Assembly (NCBI GenBank): GCA_963703225.1
Contig: OY969801.1
Coordinates: forward strand, 3,059,863-3,123,862
DNA: 64,000 bases
Source: Candidatus Eiseniibacteriota bacterium
GTDB lineage: Bacteria; Eisenbacteria; RBG-16-71-46; SZUA-252
Reading direction: 5' to 3'
Shown here: positions 19,008 through 30,019 of the stretch, one piece after another
Layout of the letters: every line of letters starts with the position of its first letter
How positions within the stretch are numbered: position 1 is the stretch's first letter
Made by a program: the position numbers and the translations under genes
The notes under the pieces: model-generated
Told to the model about the DNA's origin: nothing
Database searches by the model: none
The model's input: only the letters and a program-made list of their open reading frames with translations

Positions 19008-21878
19008 TCGGCGCCGCGGCGGTTCGTGCTACCCTTCTCGTCGCACTTCTTCTCGGCGCGGCCTTCTCTCCGCCGGCGGAAGCCGGAAGTACCCCCAAGC
19101 CAAGGAAATCACCCATGACCGGCGGCACCGCGGCTCTTGTCGACCAGCCACCCGTTCACGAGACCATCCTCGCGAACGGGCTCAAGGTGCTGGTCCAAGA
19201 GGTCCACACCGCACCGGTCGTGTCGTTCATGGTCTGGTACAAGGTCGGCTCGCGGAACGAGAGCGCGGGGATCACCGGCATTTCCCACCTCCTCGAGCAC
19301 ATGATGTTCAAGGGAACGCCGACCTACGGAAAGGGCGAGATCGCGCGCCTCCTCCAGCGAAACGGCGCCTCGTTCAACGCGGGGACCTCCCTCGACTACA
19401 CCAACTACTTCGAAGTGCTGGCGTCCGACCGGCTGGAGCTGGCGATGACGATGGAAGCCGACCGGATGCGAAACGCGCTGATCCCGGACGAGGAGCACCG
19501 CCTCGAGATGACGGTCGTGCGGTCGGAGCTGGAGCGAAACGAGGACAACCCGCACCGCGCGCTCTATCTGGAAACCTTCGCGCAGGCGTTCAAGGCGCAC
19601 CCCTACCACTGGCCCACCATCGGCTGGCGCACCGACGTGGAGCAGATCACGACGGATCAGATCCGCGACTACTACCGCTCGCACTACATGCCGAACAACG
19701 CGACCGTGGTCATCGTCGGGGACGTCGATCGCGCGAGGGCCCTGGCGCTGGTGGAGAAGTACTTTGGCCCCATCCCGCGCGGGACGGACCCGCCCGAGGT
19801 GAAGGTGGTGGAGCCACCCCAGTTTGGGGAGCGCCGCTTCAAGATCAGAAAGCCCGGCGACACGTCCTACCTCATGGTCTCGTGGCGAAACCCCACGCTC
19901 ACCGACCCCGACACTTACCCACTCGACGTGCTGGGGATGATTCTGGGGCACGGCCACACGTCACGGCTCTATGGCGCGCTGGTCGAGAAGAAGCTGGCCA
20001 CCGAGATCGACGCCGCCAACGAGACGGCGAGGGATCCGTTTCTCCTGATCGTCCAGGCGACGGTCGCTCCCGGGGCGACCCTCGACAGCGTGGAGACGGC
20101 GATCTACCAGGAGGTGGATCGGTTGAAGCGGGAGCCGGTCACCACGGCGGAGCTGGCCCGGGCCAAACGTCAGGTTCAGGCCTCCTTTGTTTACGCCAAG
20201 GATTCCATCCGGAGCTTGGCGCAACAATTGGGGTACTTCGAGACAGTGGCCTCCCATCGATATCTCGACACCTACGTGGATCGGATCGGCGCCGTGACCG
20301 CGGCGGATCTTCAGCGCGTGGCGAAGAAGTACCTCGTCGAGGATTCTCGTACCGTGGGCCAGTACGACCCGATTCCGGCCGATTCGGCGCTGGGTAGCAC
20401 GGACGGACAGGAAGGGGGACGGGCCGAAAGCTTCGCTGGCTTCGCGCACTCCGTGCATCGCTCCGCCAACGAACTTTCGGCCCGTCCCCTTGCCTATTCG
20501 TATCGCGACGAGGCGGCGCCATCGAACCCGCAGACCGAGACCCAATCGCTGCCTGTCGGCGTTGCTGGTGCAGGAGCGATGCACGAAGTGCGCGAAGGCA
20601 CCAGCAACGTCGAGCGGCGCGTTTTGAGCAATGGTATGACGCTGATTACCCGCGAAAACCACGCCAATCCCACGATCGCCCTCCAGGGAATGGTCAAGGC
20701 CGGCGGCATCTTCGATCCCCCGAACAAGAGCGGCCTCGCGGCGTTTCGTCGGAGAGATGCTCAACCAGGGAACCAAGACCCACACCGCGCTGGAGCAGGC
20801 GACCGTGATCGAGAGCCTCGGCGCCTCGCTCCGCTTCGACGGCGGGCCGGAGACGCTCTCCATTTCCGGGAATCTCCTGTCGGGCGACCTCGAGGTGATC
20901 CTCGGCGCGCTGGCCGACGCGCTCCAGAATCCGATCTTCCCGCCCGAGCAGATCGAGAAGGTCCGCGGGGAGATGATCATCGACTACCGAATTGGCGAGA
21001 ACTCGACAGCGAGCGTCGCCTCGCGCCGCGCGAACGAGCTTCTCTATCCGGTGGGGCATCCTTACCACTTTCATCCCGGCGGCACCGAATCGACGCTGAC
21101 CGCGATCACGCGCGACGATCTCGTCCGCTTCCACGCGAAGCACTACGGTCCCAACACCCTGACCCTCGTCCTGGTCGGCGACGTGACGGCAACCCAGGCG
21201 GCGAAGCTCCTCGAAAAGGCGTTCGGCGGATGGAAGCCGCTCCCCAATCCCCCACCGTTCCAGGTCGCCGCGGCGCCACCGCCCACCGGCGTGACGCGCG
21301 TGGTGGTCACCAAGCCGGGCAAGTCGCAGGCCGACGTCGCCTGGGGCGTGCCCGGGCTGCCGCGCACCGCCCCCGACTACGACGCGGCGATGATGATGAA
21401 CTACGTGCTGGGCGGCGGCTCGCTCAGCAGCCGGCTCATGGACAATCTGCGAGACAAGCAGGGTCTGGTCTACGGCGTCTACACGAGCATGCTCTCCGGC
21501 ATCGGCGCCGGCCCGATTCAGATCCGGGCCGGGACCAATCCCGAGAACGTCGACCAGACGATCTCGGCCATGCTCGAGCAGGTGAAGCTCCTCCACGATG
21601 CGGGTCCGACCGACGAGGAGATGGAGGCCGCCAAGGGCTTCCTCACCGGCGTCTTCCCGGTCCGCCTGGAGACCAACGCGGGCGTCGCGGGCCAGCTCCT
21701 GAGCGCCGAGGTCTACGGATTGGGCCTCGACTACATCGAGCGCTACCCGTCGATCGTCCGCGGCATCACGACCGCCGCCGCGGCCGCCGCCGCGCGGAAG
21801 TACCTCAACCCCGATGCCTACGTCCTGGTCATCGCGGGCTCCTACGAGGAGCCGAAGGGGACCAAGGGTGGGAACTGA
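19004..21878 (+). CDS. Secreted M16 (pitrilysin-family) zinc protease, two-lobed, one apparent indel at ~20750
   Basis: HLLEH zinc motif, VWYKVGSRNE, HPYHWPTIG; second lobe LGGGSLSSRLMDNLRDKQGLVY in the 20757..21878 frame. Confidence 0.9.
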
Positions 21879-23212
21879 CCGCCGCATCGCGGCGCGCCCC
21901 ACGGCCCGTCTCGCAGCGCGCTCTACCGACCGCCGCCTCGTCGCGCGCTCCATAGTTCTGGCGATCGGCTTCGCCGCGGCCCTTTCCACGCTCGCGACCC
22001 CGGCCCAGGCGGTGCGCTTCTTCATCCCGCGGGACCACAAGACGATCCAGGCCGGCGTCGACGCCGCTTCACCGGGCGACACGATCTGGGTCGCCGCCGG
22101 AACCTACAAGGGGACCATCACCCTGAAGAAGAGCCTCGTGCTGTTCGGAGACGCGGGGGCCGAGAACACGATCCTCGACGGAGGGGACAGCGTCCGCGTC
22201 CTCCACATCGAGGGCGTGAAGAACGCCGCGGTCATCGGCTTCACGATCCGGCGCGGCAAGGCGAACGCGGGCGGCGGCATCCACTGCCTCCGCGACACGA
22301 GCGTCCTCTTCGCGGGCTGCCTCTTCCAGAAGAACTGGGAGAGCGCCATCTCCGCCTGGGAGTCGCGCGATCTCAATCTCCGCGAGCTCCGGTTCGAGGA
22401 GAACTCCGGAAGCGCGTTCGCGCTTCAAAACTCTTCGGCGCTCATCAACGGCTGCGAGTTCGTCAAGAATCACGGCTATTCGGGCGGCGCGATCTCCTTC
22501 AACCACTCCGGCACGACGCTCCCCCTGCGCAACTGCGTCTTCGAGGACAATCGGGCCGACGACGCCACGGGCGGCGCCATCAACGCCGACTCCTCGGACA
22601 TCCTGATCGCGGATAGCGGCTTCAAGGGAAACAGCGCGAAGATCGCGGGCGGAGCGGTTGCCTCCGTGGATGGCGCCAAGGTGGCCATCACCCGCTGCAG
22701 ATTCACGCAGAATCACTCCGCGGCGAGCGGCGCGGTCCACGCCGACAAGTCGGGCCTGCAACATCGCGATGTCGGTCTTCGAGAAGAACCACGCGACCGC
22801 GCTGGGCTCCGCGATCGGGCTCTTGGACCGCGGGATCGCCGGCATCAATCCCATCATTCAAAACAACACGTTCTACAAGAACGAGTCGCAGAGCGAGGGA
22901 ACGGCGATCTGGAACGAGCGCGTATCGCCCGAGATCCGGAAAAACATATTCTTCGTGGAGGGCGGCCAGCGCGCGGTGGCCGGCCTGAACACGTCGCCGC
23001 TCTACGAATGCAATCTGATCTACGATCCGTCCGGCGCCGCCGTGGGGACGCTCCCCTCGAGCGATACGCTCGTCGGGGACCCACTTTTCTGCGACGCCGA
23101 AAACGGAAATTTCTTCCTCCGCGACCTCTCCCCGGCCGTCCTGGCCACCTGCGCCCCCATCGGCGCCTTCCCTAAGAAGTGCTCCAGCTTCAAGCTCGCC
23201 CCCGGTAAGTAG
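21868..23212 (+). CDS. Secreted right-handed parallel beta-helix repeat protein, one apparent indel at ~22755
   Basis: TIQAGVDAASPGDTIWVAAGTY, repeated F-x-x-N-x-A-x-x-GGA, C-terminal DPLFCD...L...SP...IGAF. Confidence 0.85.
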
Positions 23213-23343
23213 CGCTCCGCCGGCACAGGGATCGCTGCCAGCGGATCCGGAATCGGGAGGGAACTTTCGCCCCGCCCGGCCGGTAGAGGAAGGGTGAGGC
23301 GCCGCAACAGACCGGTACCCTTTCTGGAGGAAGGAGATCCGCC

Positions 23344-24180
23344 ATGAGTCCAAACAGCACCCGCTGGCCCATCGCCGGCGTCGTGGCCGGGGCCCTGTGT
23401 TTCGCGCTGACGGCCGCGCCCGCGCTCGCCAACCCACAGGACGATGAGGACGATTCGGGAGGAAAGACCCGGAAGGAAATCCGCGTCTACTCCGACAGCG
23501 ACGATGACGACGCGGCCCCGGGCGTCCGTGTGTACCGATACGACGACGAGAGCGATTCGGCACCCGACACGCGGAAGGATATCCGCGTCTGGCAAGGCGA
23601 CGGCGAGGAGGCCAAGGTTTCAGGGGGGTATCTCGGCGTCCGCGTCCAGGACATCACCCGGGAGCTTCAGAAGGCCAAGGATCTGCCCAACACCGAGGGC
23701 GCGCTCATCGCCAGGGTCGAGTCCGACAGCCCGGCCTCTCGCGCTGGAATCCAGAGGGGCGACGTGATCGTCGAGGTGGATAAGCACTCGATCGGAGAAT
23801 CTTCGGAGCTCATTCGCAGGATGGGCGATTTGGAGCCCGGTGCGAAGGTGCCGGTCGTGGTGCTACGAAACGGCATGAGGAAGACGCTCACCGTCACCGT
23901 TGGCAAGCGGCCCAAGGAATTCACGATGGTCATGCCGCGGACGTCGCGTCGGGCGCCCTACTGGGTGGAGCGCGGCGACATGCCCCAGATGCCTGAGATC
24001 GGCGAGCAGCTCGACCGGATCCGGGAATACCGCCAGGATCTTCAGCGCCAGCTCGCAGACATCCAGGAGCAGCTGACCAGGCTCCGCGAGGGAGACCTCC
24101 AGCGCCTGGAGGAGGAGATCAAGGCGCTTCGGGAGGAGCTGCGCGCCCGGGACAACGAGCGTCCCCGCTCGAACTACTAG
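23344..24180 (+). CDS. Secreted PDZ-domain protein with C-terminal coiled coil and no protease domain
   Basis: Signal peptide; GYLGVRVQDIT...SPASRAGIQRGDVIVEVD PDZ; heptad-rich tail. Confidence 0.8.
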   Translation: MSPNSTRWPIAGVVAGALCFALTAAPALANPQDDEDDSGGKTRKEIRVYSDSDDDDAAPGVRVYRYDDESDSAPDTRKDIRVWQGDGEEAKVSGGYLGVRVQDITRELQKAKDLPNTEGALIARVESDSPASRAGIQRGDVIVEVDKHSIGESSELIRRMGDLEPGAKVPVVVLRNGMRKTLTVTVGKRPKEFTMVMPRTSRRAPYWVERGDMPQMPEIGEQLDRIREYRQDLQRQLADIQEQLTRLREGDLQRLEEEIKALREELRARDNERPRSNY

Positions 24181-24319
24181 GGATTTCGAGGCAAGCGGGC
24201 GGTACCGCGCCGGGACTTGAGGTCCCCCCGAACCCCGGAGCGGCCGCCCGCCCCTCCCCCTGCCGGCCCCGCCGCGGGTCGGTCCCCCAGGGGGGTATCC
24301 AGGGGCCCCTCTTGGGGGG

Positions 24320-24348
24320 TTGGCCTGAGCAGCCGGGCATGTTACACT
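24320..24348 (+). promoter_or_regulatory. Putative sigma70 promoter for the cell-wall peptidase genes
   Basis: TTGGCC-N17-TACACT with extended -10 TG. Confidence 0.5.
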
Positions 24349-24488
24349 TAGGGTGTCCTAGGCGCCTCCACGCTGGGACTGCGTACTTTTAGCTTCATAT
24401 CGGCCAGCCCAGTCCGATAACCCTGGAGGGGGCAATCATTTGTCCCCTTTCCTTCCGTCGACAGGAAGTCCCCGCGGATGAGGGCTAA

Positions 24489-25544
24489 GTGATTATGGCA
24501 AAACGAAATACAACTGTTTTCATCGCCGCGGCGCTTGGGGCTGCCCTGGTCATGGATGGAATTGCTGCCCCGACAGTCGAGGCGAAGCCGTCCCCGCCCT
24601 GTATTCCGGCCCAGGAAGGGGCCAGAGTGCCCTCCGGGAGCGTGAGCGCCCCGGGGTCGAGGACGGGCAACGTCCAGCTGGCCGCGGCCACGGCTTCCAA
24701 GAGGTCGACCCGCCCCAGGACCCGCCGCCGGCGCCGCCAGCCCCCGCTTCGGCTCCCGGCCGTCACGCCGTACGGGATCCCGCGCCTCCACGTGAAGGCC
24801 GCTTACGTCGTCGACGCGACCAACAACCGCGTCCTCTTCCAGAAGAATCCCGAGCGCGTGCTCCCGATCGCGAGCCTGACCAAGCTGATGACCGCGATGG
24901 TCTTTCTCCAGACCGCTCCGGAGTGGGATCGCGTGATCGAGATCGTTCCCGAGGACGTCCGCAATTCCAGCCGGACGCGGATCCGCGCGCGCGAGGAGAT
25001 CACCGTGCGCGACCTGATCCACGCGGCGCTGATGTCGTCCGATAACGCGGCCACCAAGGCCTTGGTTCGCACCTGTGGTATCCCGCGCGAGGAGTTCGTG
25101 CGCCGGATGAACAGCCTGGCCGACTCGCTCAAACTCGAGGGCACGCACTTCGTGGAGCCGACCGGATTGAGCGAGCTGAACGTCTCCACCGCGCAGGCGC
25201 TGGCGCGGACGCTCCAGGTTGCGTCCGGAAACGAGATCGTGAGCGCGATCACGCAGAAGACGGACTACAGCTTCACCACCAATCGCCGTGTTCACCACCT
25301 GGTCAACACCAACCGCCTGCTCCGCAGCCAGTACGACATCACGAGCGGGAAGACCGGCTTCATCCGCGAATCGGGATACTGCCTGGTCACCAACGTGAAG
25401 GGCCCGACCGGCATCGACATCACGGCGGTCGTGCTCGGCGCGCCGAGCAACGCGCTCCGCTTCGCCGAGGCGCGGCGCATCCTCGACTGGACCTTCCGCT
25501 TCGGCCTCACGCCTCTCCCTGGCATCACCCCGGAGAGCGATTAG
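24489..25544 (+). CDS. D-Ala-D-Ala carboxy/endopeptidase (peptidase S11, PBP7-like)
   Basis: PIASLTKLMT (SxxK), SDN, HFVEPTGL, KTG; start uncertain. Confidence 0.88.
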   Translation: MIMAKRNTTVFIAAALGAALVMDGIAAPTVEAKPSPPCIPAQEGARVPSGSVSAPGSRTGNVQLAAATASKRSTRPRTRRRRRQPPLRLPAVTPYGIPRLHVKAAYVVDATNNRVLFQKNPERVLPIASLTKLMTAMVFLQTAPEWDRVIEIVPEDVRNSSRTRIRAREEITVRDLIHAALMSSDNAATKALVRTCGIPREEFVRRMNSLADSLKLEGTHFVEPTGLSELNVSTAQALARTLQVASGNEIVSAITQKTDYSFTTNRRVHHLVNTNRLLRSQYDITSGKTGFIRESGYCLVTNVKGPTGIDITAVVLGAPSNALRFAEARRILDWTFRFGLTPLPGITPESD

Positions 25545-25545
25545 A

Positions 25546-27054
25546 TTGACGCGGGCTCCACGACGCCAGGGACTTGGCGCCGCCGTGGGCCTCGTCGTAG
25601 CCATCCTCGGCTTCACCGTGCTCGCGGGCACCGCGTTTCTCCGCCCGCTGGCCGCCGCGCCTTCCTCGAATGGGGACTTTGCCTCGCCCGTCGCGGGCGC
25701 GTTCGTCTATCCCGTCGGTGACGAGCTGAACTACCAGCGGCCGCACGAAGGCGAAGCGCACGGATACTACGTTTCCGACCGTTACCTCGCCCGACGGGGG
25801 AAGAAGAAGCAGCGAACCCACTACGGCATCGACCTCGCGTGCGGCCAAGGGGGCGCGCCGGTTCGGGCGATCGCGTCGGGAGTCGTGACCGTGTCCGACG
25901 CCAACGCCATGATCCGGGTGAAGACCAAGCAGAAGATCCGGCTGCCGGTGGTGGAAGACGGAAAGCGCGTCTACAAGAACAGCTGGCGCTGGAAGACGAC
26001 CTACAAATGGCGGACCGGTTGGGGCAACTACGTGGTCCTCCGCCACACGCTTCCCACCGGCGAGACGGTCTACTCCCTCTACGCGCATTTGAAGCCCAAG
26101 TCGGTCCTGGTCCGCAGGGGCGACGTCGTGGCCGCGGGGGAGCAGATCGGAAACGTCGGCCGGACCGGACGCGCCACCTCCTCGCACCTTCATCTGGAAG
26201 TGCGCCGGGCCGTCCCCGCCGACCCCGACGACGTGGCCTTCGACGAGGAATCGGCGGAGGACGAGACCACGCCCGAGGAGCGGACCTACGCTCAATACCA
26301 GCCGGTCGATCCCCTCGCGTTTCTCGAGCGCCACGTCCGGGTCTACAAGGATCTCGATCCGGGCACGTGGCAGGCGCGCTACGCGCTGGCCGCCTGCCGG
26401 GACGGCATCCTGGCCGCCGACAACGACGAGTTCGAGCCCGACGATTCCGTGACGCGCGGCGAGTACTACCGCGCCATGGTCATCGCGTTCCGCCTCGCCA
26501 CGCCCTTCACCACGAAAGAATGGGATTCAACAGTTGATGCGATGGTCGACACGGAGGTTCTGGATTCGGACACGGCGCACGGCCAGCGGGCCGGGGACAA
26601 GATCTCGAGGTCCGAGGCGCTGGAGATCTTGCTCCGCTGCCTCGACCGCCATCAGGCGCGGGCGCGGAACCTCGCGTCGATCGACGCCATGAAGATGTCG
26701 CGGGACTTCAACGTGCAGTTCGCGGGAATGGACGCGGCCGTGGAGGCGGAGGCCAAGGCCAAGTCGGCCGCGATGGCGGAGACGAAGGCGCGCCAGAAGG
26801 CGGAGTACGATCGGGTCGCCCGCGCGCGGAAGGCGGCCAAGGCGCAGGGAAAAACCTCCAAGGCCAAAGTCAAGGCGGTGCCGCCGGTCAAGCCCGTGCC
26901 CCTGGTCGATCCCGGGTTCGAAGCCGTCGCCAAGTCGAAGAAGAATTTGACCCGCGCCGAATCGTGCCTGTTGATCGCGCTCGCGCTTCGATTGGGCCAG
27001 GAGCGCTACTCCGCGTTGGAGCGCGCGGCCTCGCGCGTGGCGGACTCGGGGTAG
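25546..27054 (+). CDS. M23 peptidoglycan metalloendopeptidase with SLH-like C-terminal region
   Basis: HYGIDL (HxxxD), YSLYAHL, GRTGRATSSHLHLE; FEPDDSVTRGE and LTRAE SLH-like motifs. Confidence 0.85.
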   Translation: MTRAPRRQGLGAAVGLVVAILGFTVLAGTAFLRPLAAAPSSNGDFASPVAGAFVYPVGDELNYQRPHEGEAHGYYVSDRYLARRGKKKQRTHYGIDLACGQGGAPVRAIASGVVTVSDANAMIRVKTKQKIRLPVVEDGKRVYKNSWRWKTTYKWRTGWGNYVVLRHTLPTGETVYSLYAHLKPKSVLVRRGDVVAAGEQIGNVGRTGRATSSHLHLEVRRAVPADPDDVAFDEESAEDETTPEERTYAQYQPVDPLAFLERHVRVYKDLDPGTWQARYALAACRDGILAADNDEFEPDDSVTRGEYYRAMVIAFRLATPFTTKEWDSTVDAMVDTEVLDSDTAHGQRAGDKISRSEALEILLRCLDRHQARARNLASIDAMKMSRDFNVQFAGMDAAVEAEAKAKSAAMAETKARQKAEYDRVARARKAAKAQGKTSKAKVKAVPPVKPVPLVDPGFEAVAKSKKNLTRAESCLLIALALRLGQERYSALERAASRVADSG

Positions 27055-27128
27055 CTGTAGGCGCTGCCGCCCGGCCTGACCCCGACTCGGGGTAGCCGCC
27101 ACACCCGCCCTTCTGTAGTCTCTCTGTT

Positions 27129-28412
27129 GTGAAACCCTCCAGCTCTCCCGCCTCCGCCGACGTCGCCTCCCACCCTCGCCTCATTCTCGCCCGCGCCGAG
27201 GGGGTCCACGTCTGGGACCGCGGCGATCACCGATATCTCGACGCGACCTCCGGCGCCTTTTGCGTCCAGCTGGGATACACGCGCCCCGACATCGTGGAAG
27301 CGATGACGGAAGCCGCGGTCCGGCTCCCCCACGCCCGGCCTTCCCAATTCGAGAGCGAGGATGGGGAGGCGTACCGACGGGAGCTGCTCGAGGCGGCGGG
27401 TCCGCGCTACGTCCGCGTGTTCCCGACCAGCTCCGGGAGCGAAGCCGTGGATGTCGCGCTCAAGATCGCGCACCGCTACCAGCTCGCCATGGGACGTTGG
27501 GAGCCCGGGCCGGTGCGCCACCTGAGCGGCCATTACCACGGCGCCACCCTCGGCGCGCTCGGCGTCACCGGCGTGCGCGCGCGGCGCGCCCCGTACGATG
27601 ATCTCCTGGCTGAGGAGCCAGGCGATGAGGCGGAGAGGGCAACCCCGGGCCGGGGCCCGGCCGCCGCGATGATCCTCGAGACGATCCCCGCGGCCGGGCT
27701 CGGCGCGCCGGTGCCGCCCCCAGGCTACCTCGCGAGGATCCGCGCCCAGTGCGACGACGCCGGCGCCCTTTGGATCGCCGACGAGGTCTTGACCGGGTTC
27801 GGCCGCGTGGGCGCGCTGTTCGCGTGGCAGCGCTTGGCGGAGCGGCAGGCGCCCGACGGGGCCGCGCCCGATCGGGATGTCGCCCCCGACGCGATCGTCT
27901 TCGGCAAGGGTGCGGGCGCGGGCTTTGCGCCGGTGGCGGGCGTCTTGATTACCGATCGCGTCGCGCGAGCCCTCGACGCCGCCGGCTTCAGCCATTTCCA
28001 GACGTACGGCGGGAACCCGATCGCCTCCGCGGTCGGACGCCGCGTGCTGGAGGCCATGGTCGAGGAGAAGATTTACGAGCGCGTCCGGGCCGCGGAATCG
28101 GATCTGGAGCGCGCGCTTCGCTCGCTCCTCGACCTATCGCCGGTCAGCGACGTTCGCGGGATCGGCTACCTCTGGGGAATCGAGCTGGCGGAGGATCGCG
28201 CGGCCGGCCGCCCCTTCCCCCGAGAACGGCGCGTGGCCGAGCGGGTGGCCGACGCGTGCCGCGAGCACGGCGTCCTGGTCCACGCCGGCTCCGGCTGCTA
28301 CGACGGTGTGCGCGGGGATTTCATCCTCGTCGCGCCGCCCCTGATCACGGGCAAGGGCTCGTTCGAGACGATCGTCGAGGCGCTCGCGGAGGCGATTCCA
28401 GCGGTAGCCTGA
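27129..28412 (+). CDS. Class-III PLP-dependent aminotransferase
   Basis: YLDATSG, SGSEAVDVALK, YHGAT, WIADEVLTGFGR, PDAIVFGKG, TYGGNP. Confidence 0.9.
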   Translation: MKPSSSPASADVASHPRLILARAEGVHVWDRGDHRYLDATSGAFCVQLGYTRPDIVEAMTEAAVRLPHARPSQFESEDGEAYRRELLEAAGPRYVRVFPTSSGSEAVDVALKIAHRYQLAMGRWEPGPVRHLSGHYHGATLGALGVTGVRARRAPYDDLLAEEPGDEAERATPGRGPAAAMILETIPAAGLGAPVPPPGYLARIRAQCDDAGALWIADEVLTGFGRVGALFAWQRLAERQAPDGAAPDRDVAPDAIVFGKGAGAGFAPVAGVLITDRVARALDAAGFSHFQTYGGNPIASAVGRRVLEAMVEEKIYERVRAAESDLERALRSLLDLSPVSDVRGIGYLWGIELAEDRAAGRPFPRERRVAERVADACREHGVLVHAGSGCYDGVRGDFILVAPPLITGKGSFETIVEALAEAIPAVA

Positions 28413-28427
28413 GGAGGGCCCTGATCA

Positions 28428-29192
28428 GTGGATTCGCACCGACACATATCTCCATGCACTCGCGGAGGGATCTCAGCAGGGGCGGCCGCTCTCGTGGCTA
28501 TGCTGGGCGGCGGCTGCGCCCCAGGAGTCCAAATGCTGAGGAGCGACCCGGGCCTCAGCGGGGCGGGGTTCAGGCGGGACGGGATCGCGGTGCTGGGAGC
28601 GGTCGGCTACATCGTGCCCGATTCCGCTGAGGGGACCCTCACCAGGGAGTGGGACAGAGCCTTCGCGGAGTACCGAAGCGATCTCGCCGTGGATTCCTGG
28701 CGGTCAACGATCGAGCGGCTTGGAGCCGACCTCCGCGAGGAGTTGCTTTCGTCCTATCGAAGCTGGGGGAACCTCGACTCAGCTCTTGTTTTCCGTGCCC
28801 GAGACGCGCTGGGCGACTCCACGCGCTACGCCGCGATCGCCCGGCTAATCACCGATGAGATCGGTCACGACCGCACCGTCCTCGACGCCAGCAGCAACTC
28901 GGTTCTCGAGAACAACGTCACCCTCTCGACCAGCCGCAGCGCCATTTTCAATGGAGAGATATGGGACTTGGTGACGGGCACGCCCGTTTGGAGCGCGACC
29001 GTGGAGGTGAATCGCGAGAAAAGCGAGGACCAACATGATCCAGCGGAGAACGAGATCAGCTCGTGGGGAGACCTTCTGGGCACCGTGGTCCAATCCATCG
29101 TTCTGGACGATCCCAAGAACCCCGATGCCCCAAAGCTCCGGAAATTGGCACGGGAGGGATTCGGCAAACTGGTGAAGAAGATGCCCAAGTGA
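28428..29192 (+). CDS. Uncharacterised lipoprotein (paralogue of 38107..38955)
   Basis: Hydrophobic leader ending GGGC; shares motifs with the second copy. Confidence 0.65.
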   Translation: MDSHRHISPCTRGGISAGAAALVAMLGGGCAPGVQMLRSDPGLSGAGFRRDGIAVLGAVGYIVPDSAEGTLTREWDRAFAEYRSDLAVDSWRSTIERLGADLREELLSSYRSWGNLDSALVFRARDALGDSTRYAAIARLITDEIGHDRTVLDASSNSVLENNVTLSTSRSAIFNGEIWDLVTGTPVWSATVEVNREKSEDQHDPAENEISSWGDLLGTVVQSIVLDDPKNPDAPKLRKLAREGFGKLVKKMPK

Positions 29193-29205
29193 GGACCCCG
29201 CTCTC

Positions 29206-29998
29206 TCAGATAGTCGGGCGCGGCCCCGTCCTGTCGGCTCCCTTCGTCTCGAGCCGGCCCAACAATCGCAGCAGCCCATCCAGGATCGTGAGCGGATGGG
29301 GCGGGCATCCCGGGACGTAGAGGTCGACCGCGATGTCGTTCGGGACGCCGCCGTGCGACGCGGCCGCGCCGGCGAACGGACCCCCGCTGATGGCGCAGGC
29401 TCCGACCGCGATCACCAGGCGCGGCGAGGGAACCGCCGCATAGGTCTCCCGTAGCGCGCGTCCCATGTTGTCGGTCACGGGTCCCGTTATGACGATCCCG
29501 TCGGCGTGCCTCGGGGAAGCCACGAATTCCACGCCGAACCGGCTGAGATCGAACACAACGTTTCCAAGCGCGATCAACTCGGCCTCGCAGCCGTTGCAGC
29601 CGCCCGCCGAGACTTGCCGGAGTCGTAGAGAGCGGCCGAAGAGCCGGCGCATCTTCGCGTCGAGCGCTCGGGCCAGCGGGTATTCCCCCTCGGTGACCAC
29701 CAATCCGTCCCGGGACCGCGCGGCCATGCGAAAGTCCGTCGTGTAGGCGATCGCGCCGGTGGGGCACGCGTCCTGACACGCGCCGCAGAAGAGGCAGGCG
29801 CCCAGGTCCACCCCCAGCGGTTGCGTCCCGATGGCGTTCGTCGGACAGGCGTCTCGCGCATTCCCGGCACCCGTCGTCGCAGCGTGAGGCGTCGACCGTG
29901 GGCCGCCCGCGGAACCGCTCCGGGAGCTCCACCGGGACGAGGGGGAATCGCAGCGTCTGCCTCCCCCTCGCGATCCTCGTCTTCAGCAGTCGAAGCAA
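29206..29998 (-). CDS. Ehr/hydrogenase-4 small subunit: 2x[4Fe-4S] domain fused to a NuoB/HyfI-like domain (apparent indels ~29815-29860)
   Basis: FRGRP...CDDGCREC, CLFCGACQDACP, GGCNGCE, SPRHADG, GACAISGG, VPGCPPHP. Confidence 0.88.
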
Positions 29999-30019
29999 AT
30001 CGTCCTCCCCTGCGCTGCC

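Noticed and set aside
20570..20585. Internal AGGAG-ATG in the M16 linker suggesting two separate genes
   Set aside because: SD-ATG spacing is only 2 nt and the frame is open through the linker
27043..27096. 13-bp direct repeat GACTCGGGGTAGC duplicating the end of the M23 gene
   Set aside because: The copies are only 41 bp apart with nothing mobile between them; too little to call an att site or target duplication
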